64,000 nucleotides of DNA, taken from positions 1,226 to 65,225 of the forward strand of contig JAGGWN010000123.1 of the NCBI GenBank assembly GCA_021157415.1. Reading direction: 5' to 3'. The position numbers and the translations under genes were made by a program. The notes under the pieces are model-generated. The model searched no databases. It was not told the DNA's origin and saw nothing but the letters and a program-made list of their open reading frames with translations. This DNA comes from Bacteroidales bacterium. GTDB lineage: Bacteria > Bacteroidota > Bacteroidia > Bacteroidales > VadinHA17. Each line of letters begins with the position of its first letter. The stretch's first letter is position 1. Positions 9,125 through 19,570 of this stretch are shown one piece after another.

Positions 9125-9703
9125 TCAGATTTTTGCCAGTCCGATGGCATTGGTATCCCAGTCAGGAGCAGCATGCAGGGCCTGCATGATTCCAGACACA
9201 TTCGGGATTACACTCCACATATTCAGGTGATCGGGGCGAATAAAGTTATCCCTGACCATGGACGAAAAAAGAGTCAGCAGGGGATCAAAATATCCGTTAA
9301 TGTTCACCAGAATGATAGGGACGGTGATCAGTCCCAGTTGTTTGGAGGTAATGGCTTCGGACAGCTCTTCGAGGGTCCCGGGTCCTCCGGGGAGGGCGAT
9401 GATACCGTCCGTTTCCTGTATCAGTTTGTATTTCCGTTCATGCATCCCTTTCACCACCAGCAGCTCAGCCAGTCCCTGATGCGCCCATCCCGCATCCACC
9501 ATAAACTGTGGAATGATGCCGATCACATGACCCCCTTCCTCCATAGCGCCACTGGCTACATGACCCATCAGTCCGAAATCACCCCCTCCAAAGAGAATGG
9601 TTATCCCTGCCCGGGCCAGAGTGCGGCCCAATAACTCTGCCTCCCGGTAGAATATCTCAGGGACCTTATTGCTGGAACCGCAAAAAACAGAAACTTTTTT
9701 CAA
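9125..9703 (-). CDS. LOG family protein (TIGR00730)
   Basis: VFCGSS, GLMG, MHERK, ALPGGPGTLEE; TTG start. Confidence 0.92.
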   Translation of the reverse strand: MKKVSVFCGSSNKVPEIFYREAELLGRTLARAGITILFGGGDFGLMGHVASGAMEEGGHVIGIIPQFMVDAGWAHQGLAELLVVKGMHERKYKLIQETDGIIALPGGPGTLEELSEAITSKQLGLITVPIILVNINGYFDPLLTLFSSMVRDNFIRPDHLNMWSVIPNVSGIMQALHAAPDWDTNAIGLAKI

Positions 9704-9725
9704 AAGATCCGGGGTATTATCCTAA

Positions 9726-10040
9726 TCAGTCAAGCAACAATTGCAACTTAGACATAAAAACACTCTTGGGGACAGCACCTACCTGCTTGTCCACCACATC
9801 TCCGTTTTTAAAAAACAGGACGGTAGGGATGTTGCGAATTCCATATTTTACGGCAATATTAGGATTGCTGTCCACATCCAGTTTTACGGCTTTCACCTTT
9901 CCTGCCAGCTCTTCCCCGATCTCATCAATAATAGGGCCCACCAAACGGCAAGGGCCACACCATTCGGCCCACAAATCAACCATTACAGGGATTTCCGAGT
10001 TCAATACGACTTCTTCAAAATTTGCATCTGTAACATCCAT
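9726..10040 (-). CDS. trxA: Thioredoxin
   Basis: WAEWCGPC, IPT; TATCTTTG promoter box at 10076-10083 (minus). Confidence 0.95.
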   Translation of the reverse strand: MDVTDANFEEVVLNSEIPVMVDLWAEWCGPCRLVGPIIDEIGEELAGKVKAVKLDVDSNPNIAVKYGIRNIPTVLFFKNGDVVDKQVGAVPKSVFMSKLQLLLD

Positions 10041-10111
10041 AATTATTTTGTTTTTTCAGTTTCACTTTAAGGGGGCAAAGATAGATTTTTTTCAGGGTTT
10101 GGAAAAGAGAA

Positions 10112-13100
10112 TCAGTTGATCTTCATCTCTACCATCTCCTGGGCCCGGATGTAATCAATGAATTCATTGGTTAAATTCACTTTTATGCTCCGGGAGAACA
10201 TATCCACCGAGACCTTATCTTCGGGCGAATAAACCGAGAACTTCAATGTGGTTTTCCCCTTTGTCTTCATAATCTGCCGTATCTCATGAATCCAACCGGC
10301 ATTAATCTCGGATAGAGGAACCATGATTTTTACCGAATGGATCATACTTTCCCTCACCTCGGAAAGCAGTTGTATGGAAGTGATTCTGAATTCCGGTTCA
10401 TCGTTCCGGTACCTGTTTTTCTGAACTTTACCTTTTACCATCAAAGAATAGCCGACATTGAAGTATTTGCTGTAATCCACATAAGTATTACTAAATAACA
10501 TAAACTTCCTGGAGCCTGAATAATCATGCAGAACAATGGAGCCGTATGGTTTTCCCGTTTTAGAGATCCCGTTGTTCACAGCGGTAACAATCCCTGCCAT
10601 CGTCAACTCTTTTCCGAGTAATTTATCCAGTTCCTCAAGGTCGGTGACGGAAGCATTGCAGAACTGTTCAATTTCCAGTTGATAATCATCGAGGGGGTGT
10701 GCCGACAGATAGATACCAATCAATTCTTTTTCACGCGACAGTTTCTCCAGTTTCGACCAGTCTTCTGCCTGCGGAATCTCCGGTTTCTGTATCTGCATTT
10801 GTATAGCATCGCCAAATAGGGATTGTTGGGTAGTATTTTTCTCCTGCTGCAGTCTGTTACCATATCGTATCAACTGGTCAATAAAGGAAATCCCTTCACT
10901 TTCTTTGGCCAGATATTGGCTCCTTTTGATCGTATCCATATTATCAAAGGCACCGGCAATGGCCAGGGCCTCGATATTTTTTTTATTGACCGTGGAAAGA
11001 TTTAATCGGCTAACAAAATCAAAGATGTCTTTATAAGGTCCGTGTTTTTTCCGCTCTTCTATGATGGCTATGGCTGCGTTTTCTCCCACGCCTTTGATTC
11101 CTTTGAGTCCGAACCGGATGTTCCCCTCCCTGTTCACGGTAAACATCACATCGCTTTCGTTCACATCCGGCCCCAACACCAACAAGCCCATTCGTTTTAC
11201 TTCATTGATCAGCTTGGTAATTTTCTTGATATCATTTATGTTCCTGCTTAGCACAGCAGCCATGTATTCGGAAGGATAATGTGCTTTCAGGTATGCAGTC
11301 TGATAAGAAAGGTAAGCATAGCTGGTAGCATGCGATTTGTTAAAAGCATATTTGGCAAAAGCCTCCCAGTCGTGCCATATCTTCAGGACCACCTTCGTAT
11401 CGTAACCTCTTTCTTTTGCTCCTTCGATAAACTTCTCACGGAGCTTATCCATCTCTTTTTGTTTCTTCTTGCCCATGGCTTTCCTCAGCGAATCAGCCTG
11501 GCCTCCCGTAAAGCCGGCCAACTCCTGGGACAAAAGCATCACCTGCTCCTGGTACACGGTAATCCCATAGGTCTCTTTCAGATATTTCTCCATCACGGGC
11601 AGATCGTAAAAAATCTTCTCTTTCCCATGTTTCCGGGCAATAAACTGTGGCAGGTAATCCATCGGTCCCGGCCGGTAAAGGGCATTCATAGCGATAAGAT
11701 CGTCAAACCGGTTGGGTTTCAGATCCCGGAGGAACTTCCGCATTCCTTCCGACTCAAACTGAAAAATCCCGGTTGTTTCTCCCCTGGCATATAATTCATA
11801 TGTTTTTTGATCATCAAGAGGGATATGGTTGATATCCACATCATCCCCACATGCTTCTTTGATAATCGTCAAAGCGTCCTGGATGATGGACAGGTTTTTC
11901 AGTCCCAGAAAATCCATTTTCAGCATGCCCACTGACTCCACAAAAGACCCGTCGAACTGGGTTACCAACAAATCGGTATCCTTTGAGGTACATACCGGAA
12001 TGTGTTCAATCAGATCGTCCCGGCCAATGATAATACCACATGCATGCAGTCCGCGATGACGAATGGCACCCTCAAGTACTTCGGCAAACTTCAGGGTACG
12101 GACAATCAGTGGATTTTCCGATTTTCTGGCATTTTCAAGCTCCGGCACTTCGGCAAACGCTTTTTTCAGGGTAGATCCCGGAGTCTCCGGCACCAGTTTT
12201 GCCAGATAATCGGCATCCGACAAAGGTAGCTTCTCGACCCTGGCTACATCACGTATGGCCATTTTTGCAGCCATGGTACCGAAGGTGATGATATGAGCAA
12301 CTTTGTTTTTACCATATTTATCCACCACGTACTTCAATACTCTGTCACGACCTTCTTCGTCAAAATCAATATCAATATCCGGCATGGAGATTCTCTCCGG
12401 ATTCAAAAATCTTTCAAACAACAGATTATAATGAATAGGATCTATATCGGTGATTCCGGTACAATAAGCCACCACCGATCCGGCAGCTGAACCTCTTCCC
12501 GGTCCTACCGATACTCCCATATTCCGGGCAGCATTCAGAAAGTCCTGTACGATCAAAAAATAACCGGGAAACCCCATTTTCCGGATTACGGACAACTCAT
12601 AATCAATTCTTTCTCTGATTTCTGGCATTATTTCTCCGTATCGTGTTCGGGCCCCTTCATAGGTAAGATGTTTCAGATATTCATTATCGTCTGTAAAACC
12701 ATCCGGTAAGGGGAAATGCGGCATAATGGGAGGACGGTTCAGTTCATATTCTTCGATTTTGTCCACCACTTCCTGAACATTGTCAAACACCTCCGGGACA
12801 TCTGAAAAGATCTCCTGCATCTCGGCCGTGGTCTTGAACCATTCCTGTCCTGTATATCTCATCCGGGAAGGATCGTCAAGGTCTTTTCCCGTGTTGATAC
12901 AGATCAGGTGATCATGTGCTTCTGCATCTTCTTCATTTGTAAAATGTACATCGTTGGTAGCAAGGATTTTAACCCCTAGTTTTGGGGACAGTTGCAGGAA
13001 GGCATCATTGACTTGCTGCTGGTGGTTATACACGTCCTCGTCTGTTTTCGGATCACCCGTCCGGTGACGTTGTATCTCCAGATAAAAATCCTCCCCAAAA

Positions 13101-13594
13101 AGTCCCTTATACCACTTTATCGTATCCTCTGCTTTTTCCAGGCCGTGTTTAAGAACAGCCTGAGGTATTTCTCCTCCAAGACAGGCAGTAGATGCGATCA
13201 GCCCTTCATGATACTTCTCCAGCAATTCCCTGTCTATTCGGGGCTTATAGTAAAATCCTTCCAGCCATGCCAGGGATACCAGCCGGATCAGGTTCTTATA
13301 TCCTTTTTCGTTTTTTGCCAGCAAGATAAGATGATATCCGCTTCTGTCGTCTTTCCCTTTCCGCTCAAAACGACTGTTGGCTGCCACATACACCTCACAT
13401 CCTATAATCGGCTTTATCCCGGCTGCGGTGCATTGATTATGAAAATCCTTTGCCCCGAACAAATTGCCGTGATCAGTGACTGCCATGGCCGTCATCCCGT
13501 CCTCGCTGGCCTTAACCACCAGATCGGAGATCCGGCACAAACCGTCAAGAATCGAATATTGCGTATGAAGATGTAAATGTGTAAATGCTCTCAT
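10112..13594 (-). CDS. dnaE: DNA polymerase III alpha subunit
   Basis: PHP domain HLHTQYSILDG/TDHGN, GPGRGSAAGS, MPDIDIDF, FNKSH, C-terminal OB fold. Confidence 0.97.
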   Translation of the reverse strand: MRAFTHLHLHTQYSILDGLCRISDLVVKASEDGMTAMAVTDHGNLFGAKDFHNQCTAAGIKPIIGCEVYVAANSRFERKGKDDRSGYHLILLAKNEKGYKNLIRLVSLAWLEGFYYKPRIDRELLEKYHEGLIASTACLGGEIPQAVLKHGLEKAEDTIKWYKGLFGEDFYLEIQRHRTGDPKTDEDVYNHQQQVNDAFLQLSPKLGVKILATNDVHFTNEEDAEAHDHLICINTGKDLDDPSRMRYTGQEWFKTTAEMQEIFSDVPEVFDNVQEVVDKIEEYELNRPPIMPHFPLPDGFTDDNEYLKHLTYEGARTRYGEIMPEIRERIDYELSVIRKMGFPGYFLIVQDFLNAARNMGVSVGPGRGSAAGSVVAYCTGITDIDPIHYNLLFERFLNPERISMPDIDIDFDEEGRDRVLKYVVDKYGKNKVAHIITFGTMAAKMAIRDVARVEKLPLSDADYLAKLVPETPGSTLKKAFAEVPELENARKSENPLIVRTLKFAEVLEGAIRHRGLHACGIIIGRDDLIEHIPVCTSKDTDLLVTQFDGSFVESVGMLKMDFLGLKNLSIIQDALTIIKEACGDDVDINHIPLDDQKTYELYARGETTGIFQFESEGMRKFLRDLKPNRFDDLIAMNALYRPGPMDYLPQFIARKHGKEKIFYDLPVMEKYLKETYGITVYQEQVMLLSQELAGFTGGQADSLRKAMGKKKQKEMDKLREKFIEGAKERGYDTKVVLKIWHDWEAFAKYAFNKSHATSYAYLSYQTAYLKAHYPSEYMAAVLSRNINDIKKITKLINEVKRMGLLVLGPDVNESDVMFTVNREGNIRFGLKGIKGVGENAAIAIIEERKKHGPYKDIFDFVSRLNLSTVNKKNIEALAIAGAFDNMDTIKRSQYLAKESEGISFIDQLIRYGNRLQQEKNTTQQSLFGDAIQMQIQKPEIPQAEDWSKLEKLSREKELIGIYLSAHPLDDYQLEIEQFCNASVTDLEELDKLLGKELTMAGIVTAVNNGISKTGKPYGSIVLHDYSGSRKFMLFSNTYVDYSKYFNVGYSLMVKGKVQKNRYRNDEPEFRITSIQLLSEVRESMIHSVKIMVPLSEINAGWIHEIRQIMKTKGKTTLKFSVYSPEDKVSVDMFSRSIKVNLTNEFIDYIRAQEMVEMKIN

Positions 13595-13768
13595 AGTTTC
13601 TAATTAGTGATTTTCAAATACTTATGATATTGTTTTCGCCTTTCCAGTCAGCCTTTAAAGGTACGAAAACGTACAGGAATGATGTGGAAATGTTAAAAAA
13701 TATTGATAAATATCTCAGAGAAAGTTTCAGAAAAAAGAAAATAAACTATGTTACAACGATTCAAAAAA

Positions 13769-13798
13769 TTTGTAATCGTAAATTAAATTGTATCTTTG
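13769..13798 (+). promoter_or_regulatory. Bacteroidota sigma-A promoter of rpsP
   Basis: TTTG (-33) at 13769 and TATCTTTG (-7) at 13791. Confidence 0.7.
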
Positions 13799-13840
13799 CA
13801 ACCTTAAAATTTTTACATAACCATTTAAATTAATGAACGA

Positions 13841-14536
13841 ATGCCAGTAAAAATCAGGTTAAAGCGCGAAGGTCGCAAGAAAAAACCTTTCTATCACATT
13901 GTGATAGCAGATAGCAGGGCGCCACGAGATGGCCGGTTTATAGAAAAAATCGGGTATTACAATCCCAACACAAATCCCGCTACAATAGAATTGGATTTTG
14001 ACAAGGCATTGGATTGGTTATTGAAAGGCGCTCAACCCACCGACACATGCAGGGCAATCCTGTCGTACAGGGGGGTATTGTATAAAAAACATCTTCTTGT
14101 CGGTGTGAAAAAAGGAGCTTTTTCGGAAGAAGAAGCCGACCGTCGTTTTGAAGCATGGATAAAGGAAAAAGAAGCCAAGATCCAGGCAAAACGCGACCGG
14201 CTGAAACTAGGTCATGAGGAAGAAGAAAAGAAACGTCTTGAAGCAGAGGCTAAGATCAAAGAAGCACGGGCACAGGAAATTGCCAAAAAACGGGCCGAAG
14301 AAGCCGGTGTGGTAGAGGAACAAACTGTTGACGCCGAAGCTGAAACGCCGGGAGACACTGAAACTGCCGAAACCCCTGCAGCTACCGAGAAAAAGGCTGA
14401 ATCTCCGGAAGAAAAAGTCGTAGATGAGGCCACCGAGACTGCTGCCAAAGAATCCAAAGCAGAAGAAAAAACTGCTGAAGAAACTACCGAAGATAAAAAA
14501 GAAGAAGGCTCTGACAAAGAAAAAGCAAAGGAATAG
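13841..14536 (+). CDS. rpsP: 30S ribosomal protein S16 with acidic C-terminal extension
   Basis: MPVKIRL...[13 protein letters not shown]...GAQPTDT; E/K/A/T-rich tail. Confidence 0.96.
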   Translation: MPVKIRLKREGRKKKPFYHIVIADSRAPRDGRFIEKIGYYNPNTNPATIELDFDKALDWLLKGAQPTDTCRAILSYRGVLYKKHLLVGVKKGAFSEEEADRRFEAWIKEKEAKIQAKRDRLKLGHEEEEKKRLEAEAKIKEARAQEIAKKRAEEAGVVEEQTVDAEAETPGDTETAETPAATEKKAESPEEKVVDEATETAAKESKAEEKTAEETTEDKKEEGSDKEKAKE

Positions 14537-14563
14537 TCCTTTCACATTTCTGAATCGAACGAC

Positions 14564-15088
14564 ATGTCCCGCAACAACCTGATCCCTGCGGGTGAAATAT
14601 TAAAAGTTCACGGGCTGGATGGCGGTATAGTCATTCGGTTCGATAAGTTTTTTTCTTTTCCGGACACGTTCCCCGCCTTTGTTTTTCTGGAAATCGACGG
14701 CCTGCCGGTCCCTTTTGCCGTAGCCGGGGCAGAGGAATACGGCGAACACTCTTTTGTTGTCCATTTGGAGGAAGTAACTTCCCGTGACAAAGCCGCACGT
14801 TACCAGGGATGCGATGTCTGGCTGGAACCCGAAGATATAGAAATAAAGAAAGATAATCTTTCGTTCCTGTACACCGGATTTGCATTTCGGGATGAGACCT
14901 CAGGCAAACAAGGAAAAATTACCGGATATACAGACATCTCCGAAAACCCTCTTTTTGAGATAGAAACTGAGGGAGAAACCTATCTGATTCCGGCAAACCC
15001 GACATTTATAACACACCTGAACCAAAAGAAAAAGGAAATGATCTTTCGTTTGCCGAAAGGAATCTTTGGAACGATGGCTGACGACTGA
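14564..15088 (+). CDS. rimM: 16S rRNA processing factor RimM
   Basis: G.ILKVHGLDG, LPVPF, YLIP...LPKG; follows rpsP. Confidence 0.9.
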   Translation: MSRNNLIPAGEILKVHGLDGGIVIRFDKFFSFPDTFPAFVFLEIDGLPVPFAVAGAEEYGEHSFVVHLEEVTSRDKAARYQGCDVWLEPEDIEIKKDNLSFLYTGFAFRDETSGKQGKITGYTDISENPLFEIETEGETYLIPANPTFITHLNQKKKEMIFRLPKGIFGTMADD

Positions 15089-15228
15089 AGAGGAATGAAT
15101 CCCGGTGACATATAATATCCGTTGAAGGCACAATCATTTCCCGGCGATGTTAAATTTATTTACCGGGCCTGCAACAACATAAGGTTTTTTTCGTCTTTAA
15201 GAAAAATTAACCTTAAATATTTCTTATT

Positions 15229-15945
15229 ATGAAACGACACCTGTTTTTCCCGATGGCTTGTATCTTTTTTCTTTCTATCCCTGCCATTACTTTATATGCG
15301 CAGAAAAAAGAGATTAGAAAAACCGGGTCTTTTACCGGCATAGAATTATCCATCCCGGCCGATCTGTATCTATCCCAGGGCAACCTGACCGAAGTGCAGC
15401 TGGAAGGTCCGGAAGACTACCTGGCCAAAGTAGAAACCGTTGTCAGTCATGGAAAACTGGTCATTCGTTTTTACAGCAAATTTGCATGGTGGAAAGAGCC
15501 GCGGGGAAGGATAAAAGTTTATATTTCCACGCCTGACATAAGCGGATTATGTGTTACCGGTTCCGGAAAGATCATCTCCAAATCAAAAATTTCTACCGGT
15601 GATTTGTCACTGTCTGTTACGGGAAGCGGAACCATTGATTTATCATACCTGTCGGCCCACGAGCTAAAATCCGATGTCACCGGATCCGGAACCATCAGGA
15701 TTGCCGGCAATGAACCGGTTGAATCACAGGACATCCTGATCACAGGCTCAGGCAAAGTCGAAAATGCAGGACTGCCGAGCCAAAAAACAAAAGTTTCTGT
15801 TACCGGCTCCGGCAAAGCCAGGGTGTTTGCCATTGAAAGGCTGAAAGTGTCCATAACGGGTAGCGGTTCGGTTTATTATAAAGGCGAGGGTATCCTGGAT
15901 GCCAATATTACCGGATCGGGAGATGTGGTGAAGATGAAGGAATAA
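15229..15945 (+). CDS. DUF2807 / head GIN-domain beta-helix protein, exported
   Basis: Signal peptide; repeated (V/I)TGSG motifs. Confidence 0.85.
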   Translation: MKRHLFFPMACIFFLSIPAITLYAQKKEIRKTGSFTGIELSIPADLYLSQGNLTEVQLEGPEDYLAKVETVVSHGKLVIRFYSKFAWWKEPRGRIKVYISTPDISGLCVTGSGKIISKSKISTGDLSLSVTGSGTIDLSYLSAHELKSDVTGSGTIRIAGNEPVESQDILITGSGKVENAGLPSQKTKVSVTGSGKARVFAIERLKVSITGSGSVYYKGEGILDANITGSGDVVKMKE

Positions 15946-16129
15946 GCCAGAAGGCAGAAAAAGAGAAGATAAAAAAAGCAGATGATAGGAAAGGTCCTGT
16001 GTGGCCATACAAAACATCTGCCATCCCCCGAAATGGTGCGGCCAAGGAATTTATGGGCAGGTCATGACCTGTCCGAAAGGATCATTGGCTATAAAAATAT
16101 CAAGACGCAGGCTTTTGGATACAAATATG

Positions 16130-16699
16130 CTATTCTCTGATAATTTCTTTCCTGCCGTCCGGTAATATCTTTATGATCCGTGAGGGGCGGGCCGGTGTGC
16201 GACTATCCCGGTGCCACCGTACCACATAATCCAACTGATTTATTATTGCCTGATCTACCTGTCCAAAATGTGCGGGAGGTGGTTCTCCGGCAAAATTGGC
16301 CGAAGTTGACACCAGCGGAACGCCCAGTTCACGGATCAGTTCTACACAAAAAGGATCTCTCGGGATGCGCACGCCTGTCGTCCCGTCTTTCCGGATCAGT
16401 GATGAAGCCAGACCGGAAACCCCGGCCAAAATATAGGTTGTGGGAAGATCTGTTTGAATCATTTCCTTAGTAATCTCTTCAGGAACCTCCCGAAAATAAT
16501 GTTTCAGCATTTCCACGGAATCAACCAGAACAATGAAACTTTTGCTTTCAGCCCTTTTTTTCACCCGTGCAATTTTCCGAACGGTTGCTTCATCCGTCGC
16601 ATCACAACCTAGGCCCCAAATGGTATCTGTAGGGTATAAAATTACACCCCCTTTTTTCAGTATTTCAACAGCTTGCCTGATATCTTTATGCCATCCCAT
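16130..16699 (-). CDS. tsaC: L-threonylcarbamoyladenylate synthase (YrdC/TsaC)
   Basis: YPTDTIWGLGCD, K.R, STSAN. Confidence 0.9.
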   Translation of the reverse strand: MGWHKDIRQAVEILKKGGVILYPTDTIWGLGCDATDEATVRKIARVKKRAESKSFIVLVDSVEMLKHYFREVPEEITKEMIQTDLPTTYILAGVSGLASSLIRKDGTTGVRIPRDPFCVELIRELGVPLVSTSANFAGEPPPAHFGQVDQAIINQLDYVVRWHRDSRTPARPSRIIKILPDGRKEIIRE

Positions 16700-16934
16700 G
16701 TATCATCCGTTTGCATTATGCTAATACAAACCTACATAAATTTTTACAGAGTATTTTACAGAGGAAAATCATTCCGGAATAAATATGCGGTCGGTTTAAC
16801 TTCTCCGGAGACAATGGGTCGGTAGTACATAATAGTGATACGATTACTTCGGCTCATCCTCTCAACCGGATATGCTCTGCTATACTTTTTTATCCCGGGA
16901 AATCTGTGTATTTTAGCGGTCTAACCTCTTTCTG

Positions 16935-17777
16935 ATGAAACTCAAGGAGTATGCCCGAAAAAAGTTTTTGAAACGTTCGATTCTGAACTATTACAGAAAC
17001 CTTCCCGATGAACGTCAAACGCCAGAATGGGAAGCAGTGGTAACGTATCTTAAACACCATAAAATTTTTGTTTTCCCTTACACATTCGTTCATAAATACA
17101 AACCGGAAAATATACGGGTCGAAAAGGATGAGGAAAAAGATCTTCTCTATACCGTCTATCATGAAAAACGGCTTTACTACAAAGACGGGAAACACATAAG
17201 AATTGCCCAAAGATACTTCAACTCCCTGTTTATGGAACAGGATCCTGATTCTCCCCACCGTTACCTGTCCGATGATTTTGAAGTGAAAGAAAATGACATC
17301 GTAGTGGACGTCGGGGCTGCCGAAGGGAATTTTTCCATTGATATTACAGACCGGGTCAAAAAGATCTTTCTGTTTGAAGCCGATCCCCTGTGGAGAAACG
17401 CCTTGGAGGCTACTTTCAGGCCCTGGAAAGATAAAGTTGAAATCATCCCCAAAATGGTTTCCGGCAGGACTACGGAAAATACGATAGCTCTGGATGATTT
17501 TTTTGGAGACAAAGAATCTTTGGACTTTATAAAAATAGATGTTGACGGCGCTGAACAACAGGTTATCGAAGGGATGAAACACCTCCTGGAAAGTAAGAAA
17601 ATAAAAAGAATTGCCCTGTGCACGTATCACCGTCAACATGATGCGGAGATATTTTCGGAACAGCTCAGGAAATACGGTTATGACACCCGTTTCTCTGAAG
17701 GATATATGATCTTCAGAAAACGTATTGAGAAGCCATATCTGCGCAAGGGCGTACTAAAAGCCACTCTTCATGATTAA
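16935..17777 (+). CDS. FkbM family SAM-dependent methyltransferase
   Basis: VDVGAAEG, FEAD, FIKIDVDGAE, CTYH. Confidence 0.85.
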   Translation: MKLKEYARKKFLKRSILNYYRNLPDERQTPEWEAVVTYLKHHKIFVFPYTFVHKYKPENIRVEKDEEKDLLYTVYHEKRLYYKDGKHIRIAQRYFNSLFMEQDPDSPHRYLSDDFEVKENDIVVDVGAAEGNFSIDITDRVKKIFLFEADPLWRNALEATFRPWKDKVEIIPKMVSGRTTENTIALDDFFGDKESLDFIKIDVDGAEQQVIEGMKHLLESKKIKRIALCTYHRQHDAEIFSEQLRKYGYDTRFSEGYMIFRKRIEKPYLRKGVLKATLHD

Positions 17778-18558
17778 AAAACTATTCAAACAAAACTCAC
17801 ATAACATCCTTTTTAAATGGGTTTCCGGTTTCGGTATCTCCATGTACAGGATTTACGAAAACCGGAATCACCGTATTGAAAGCAACGGAGAGCTTACCAT
17901 CCTGAAAAAACTTGCCCGTATGCAACCCAAAATGATCTTTGACGGTGGAACCAATATTGGGAATTATACCCGTTTTGTTCGTTCCCTGTGCAGCGAGGCC
18001 ACCATTTATTGTTTTGAACCTGTCCCGGACACATTCGATTTACTGAAAAACAATTTAAAAGATGATAAGAATGTGTATCTGATCAACAAAGGGTTGTATC
18101 ACGAAAACGGGTGGAAAAAAATACACATTTATCCTTCCAACACCCACGCCTCCGTTTATGATATTACGAGTGTGCCCTATCAGGCTACAGGTTCGCTTGA
18201 GATTGGGATGATCAGGGGGGATGATTTTGTCTCGGACCATAAGATCCAGGAAATCGACTTTCTCAAACTTGACCTGGAGGACGCCGAATATGATGCATTG
18301 AAAGGCTTTGAAAAGACACTGGAAAAAGGAAATATAAAAATGATCCAGTTCGAATACGGTTATATCAATATTCTGAGCAAGCACTTACTGATTGATTATT
18401 ACAGATTTTTCAATCAATTTGGCTATCGTGTCGGGAAAATTTTCCCCAAAAAAGTTGAATTTAGGGAATATCAATATAGGCATGAAGATTTTATAGGCCC
18501 GAACTTTGTGGCAGTGAAAAAAACTGAAAAAGACCTGATCGATTTGTTAAAGAAATAA
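17770..18558 (+). CDS. FkbM family SAM-dependent methyltransferase
   Basis: FDGGTNIG, FEP, LKLDLEDAE, IQFEY. Confidence 0.82.
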   Translation: MIKKLFKQNSHNILFKWVSGFGISMYRIYENRNHRIESNGELTILKKLARMQPKMIFDGGTNIGNYTRFVRSLCSEATIYCFEPVPDTFDLLKNNLKDDKNVYLINKGLYHENGWKKIHIYPSNTHASVYDITSVPYQATGSLEIGMIRGDDFVSDHKIQEIDFLKLDLEDAEYDALKGFEKTLEKGNIKMIQFEYGYINILSKHLLIDYYRFFNQFGYRVGKIFPKKVEFREYQYRHEDFIGPNFVAVKKTEKDLIDLLKK

Positions 18559-18574
18559 TAAAATCCGGAAACCC

Positions 18575-19558
18575 TTGGAAAAACTTTCTATCATCATTGT
18601 AAATTACAAGGGATGGGAACCTTTAAAAGAATGCCTTGATTCTCTGACTTCTCTGAAAGCAGCGGAATTTGATTCGGAAGTAATTGTCGTAGATAATTTC
18701 TCCAACGACGGGAACCTGAAAAAGTTCATGGAATATTACCCGGATATTTTATTTATAGAGAACAAAGGCAATTATGGTTTCTCCAACGGAAACAATCTGG
18801 GGGCCCGATATGCTACAGGGGAATATTTATTGTTCCTCAATCCCGATACGATTGTAACAACGGAACCTCTTCTTTCGATGCTCTATCTGGCTGAACAGAA
18901 TCCCGGATATTTTATCGTCTCATCACAACAGATAAATCCGGCGGGCAGAAAAGAAAATCCTTTTAATGTTTTCCCCTCTTTCTGGACGATTAACAATATC
19001 ATAAAGATTTTTTATCTTCTTTTTACCGGAAAGGTCATGCGTCGGTTATGTAATGAACATGCAATGATTTTCCCGGACTGGGTTTCCGGATCGGTAATTA
19101 TGATGCGACGGAAAGTTTTTCAACGACTGGGGGGTTGGGATGAAGACTTTTGGCTGTACAGCGAAGATGTGGATTTATGCAAACGTGCCAGGGATGCCGG
19201 GGGTGTGGTAGCTCTGCAATGCTCTCCTCCCATCACACACAAGCATGGCGGAACCACGAGAAGCAACATCCGGCTGTCAGCCTTCTTTAAAGCCCATGTA
19301 ATCATTTCAACACATATTTATTTCAGGAAACATTCTTCGGGCAAACGCCATTTCCTTTTACAAGCCTTCCTGGTAATCAATACCATGATACTGAAGAATT
19401 TTCTCCCTGCATTGCTGGGAATGATTTTTTTCCCCTTTAACTTTACCCGGCAATATCTTTTTATTTATTTTTATCTGTTGAAGTATTATTCCCGTTCTCT
19501 GAAAAACAGATCCTGGTTTTTAGATCCGAAACATATTGTATTGCCTGAAAAAAAATAA
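18575..19558 (+). CDS. Glycosyltransferase family 2 (WbbL/rhamnosyltransferase-like)
   Basis: SIIIVNY, VVDN.S.DG, LFLNPD, YSEDVDLC; TTG start. Confidence 0.88.
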   Translation: MEKLSIIIVNYKGWEPLKECLDSLTSLKAAEFDSEVIVVDNFSNDGNLKKFMEYYPDILFIENKGNYGFSNGNNLGARYATGEYLLFLNPDTIVTTEPLLSMLYLAEQNPGYFIVSSQQINPAGRKENPFNVFPSFWTINNIIKIFYLLFTGKVMRRLCNEHAMIFPDWVSGSVIMMRRKVFQRLGGWDEDFWLYSEDVDLCKRARDAGGVVALQCSPPITHKHGGTTRSNIRLSAFFKAHVIISTHIYFRKHSSGKRHFLLQAFLVINTMILKNFLPALLGMIFFPFNFTRQYLFIYFYLLKYYSRSLKNRSWFLDPKHIVLPEKK

Positions 19559-19570
19559 CCTGATCAACAG

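Noticed and set aside
14200-14536. Low-complexity acidic tail of S16
   Set aside because: C-terminal extensions of S16 are common in Bacteroidota
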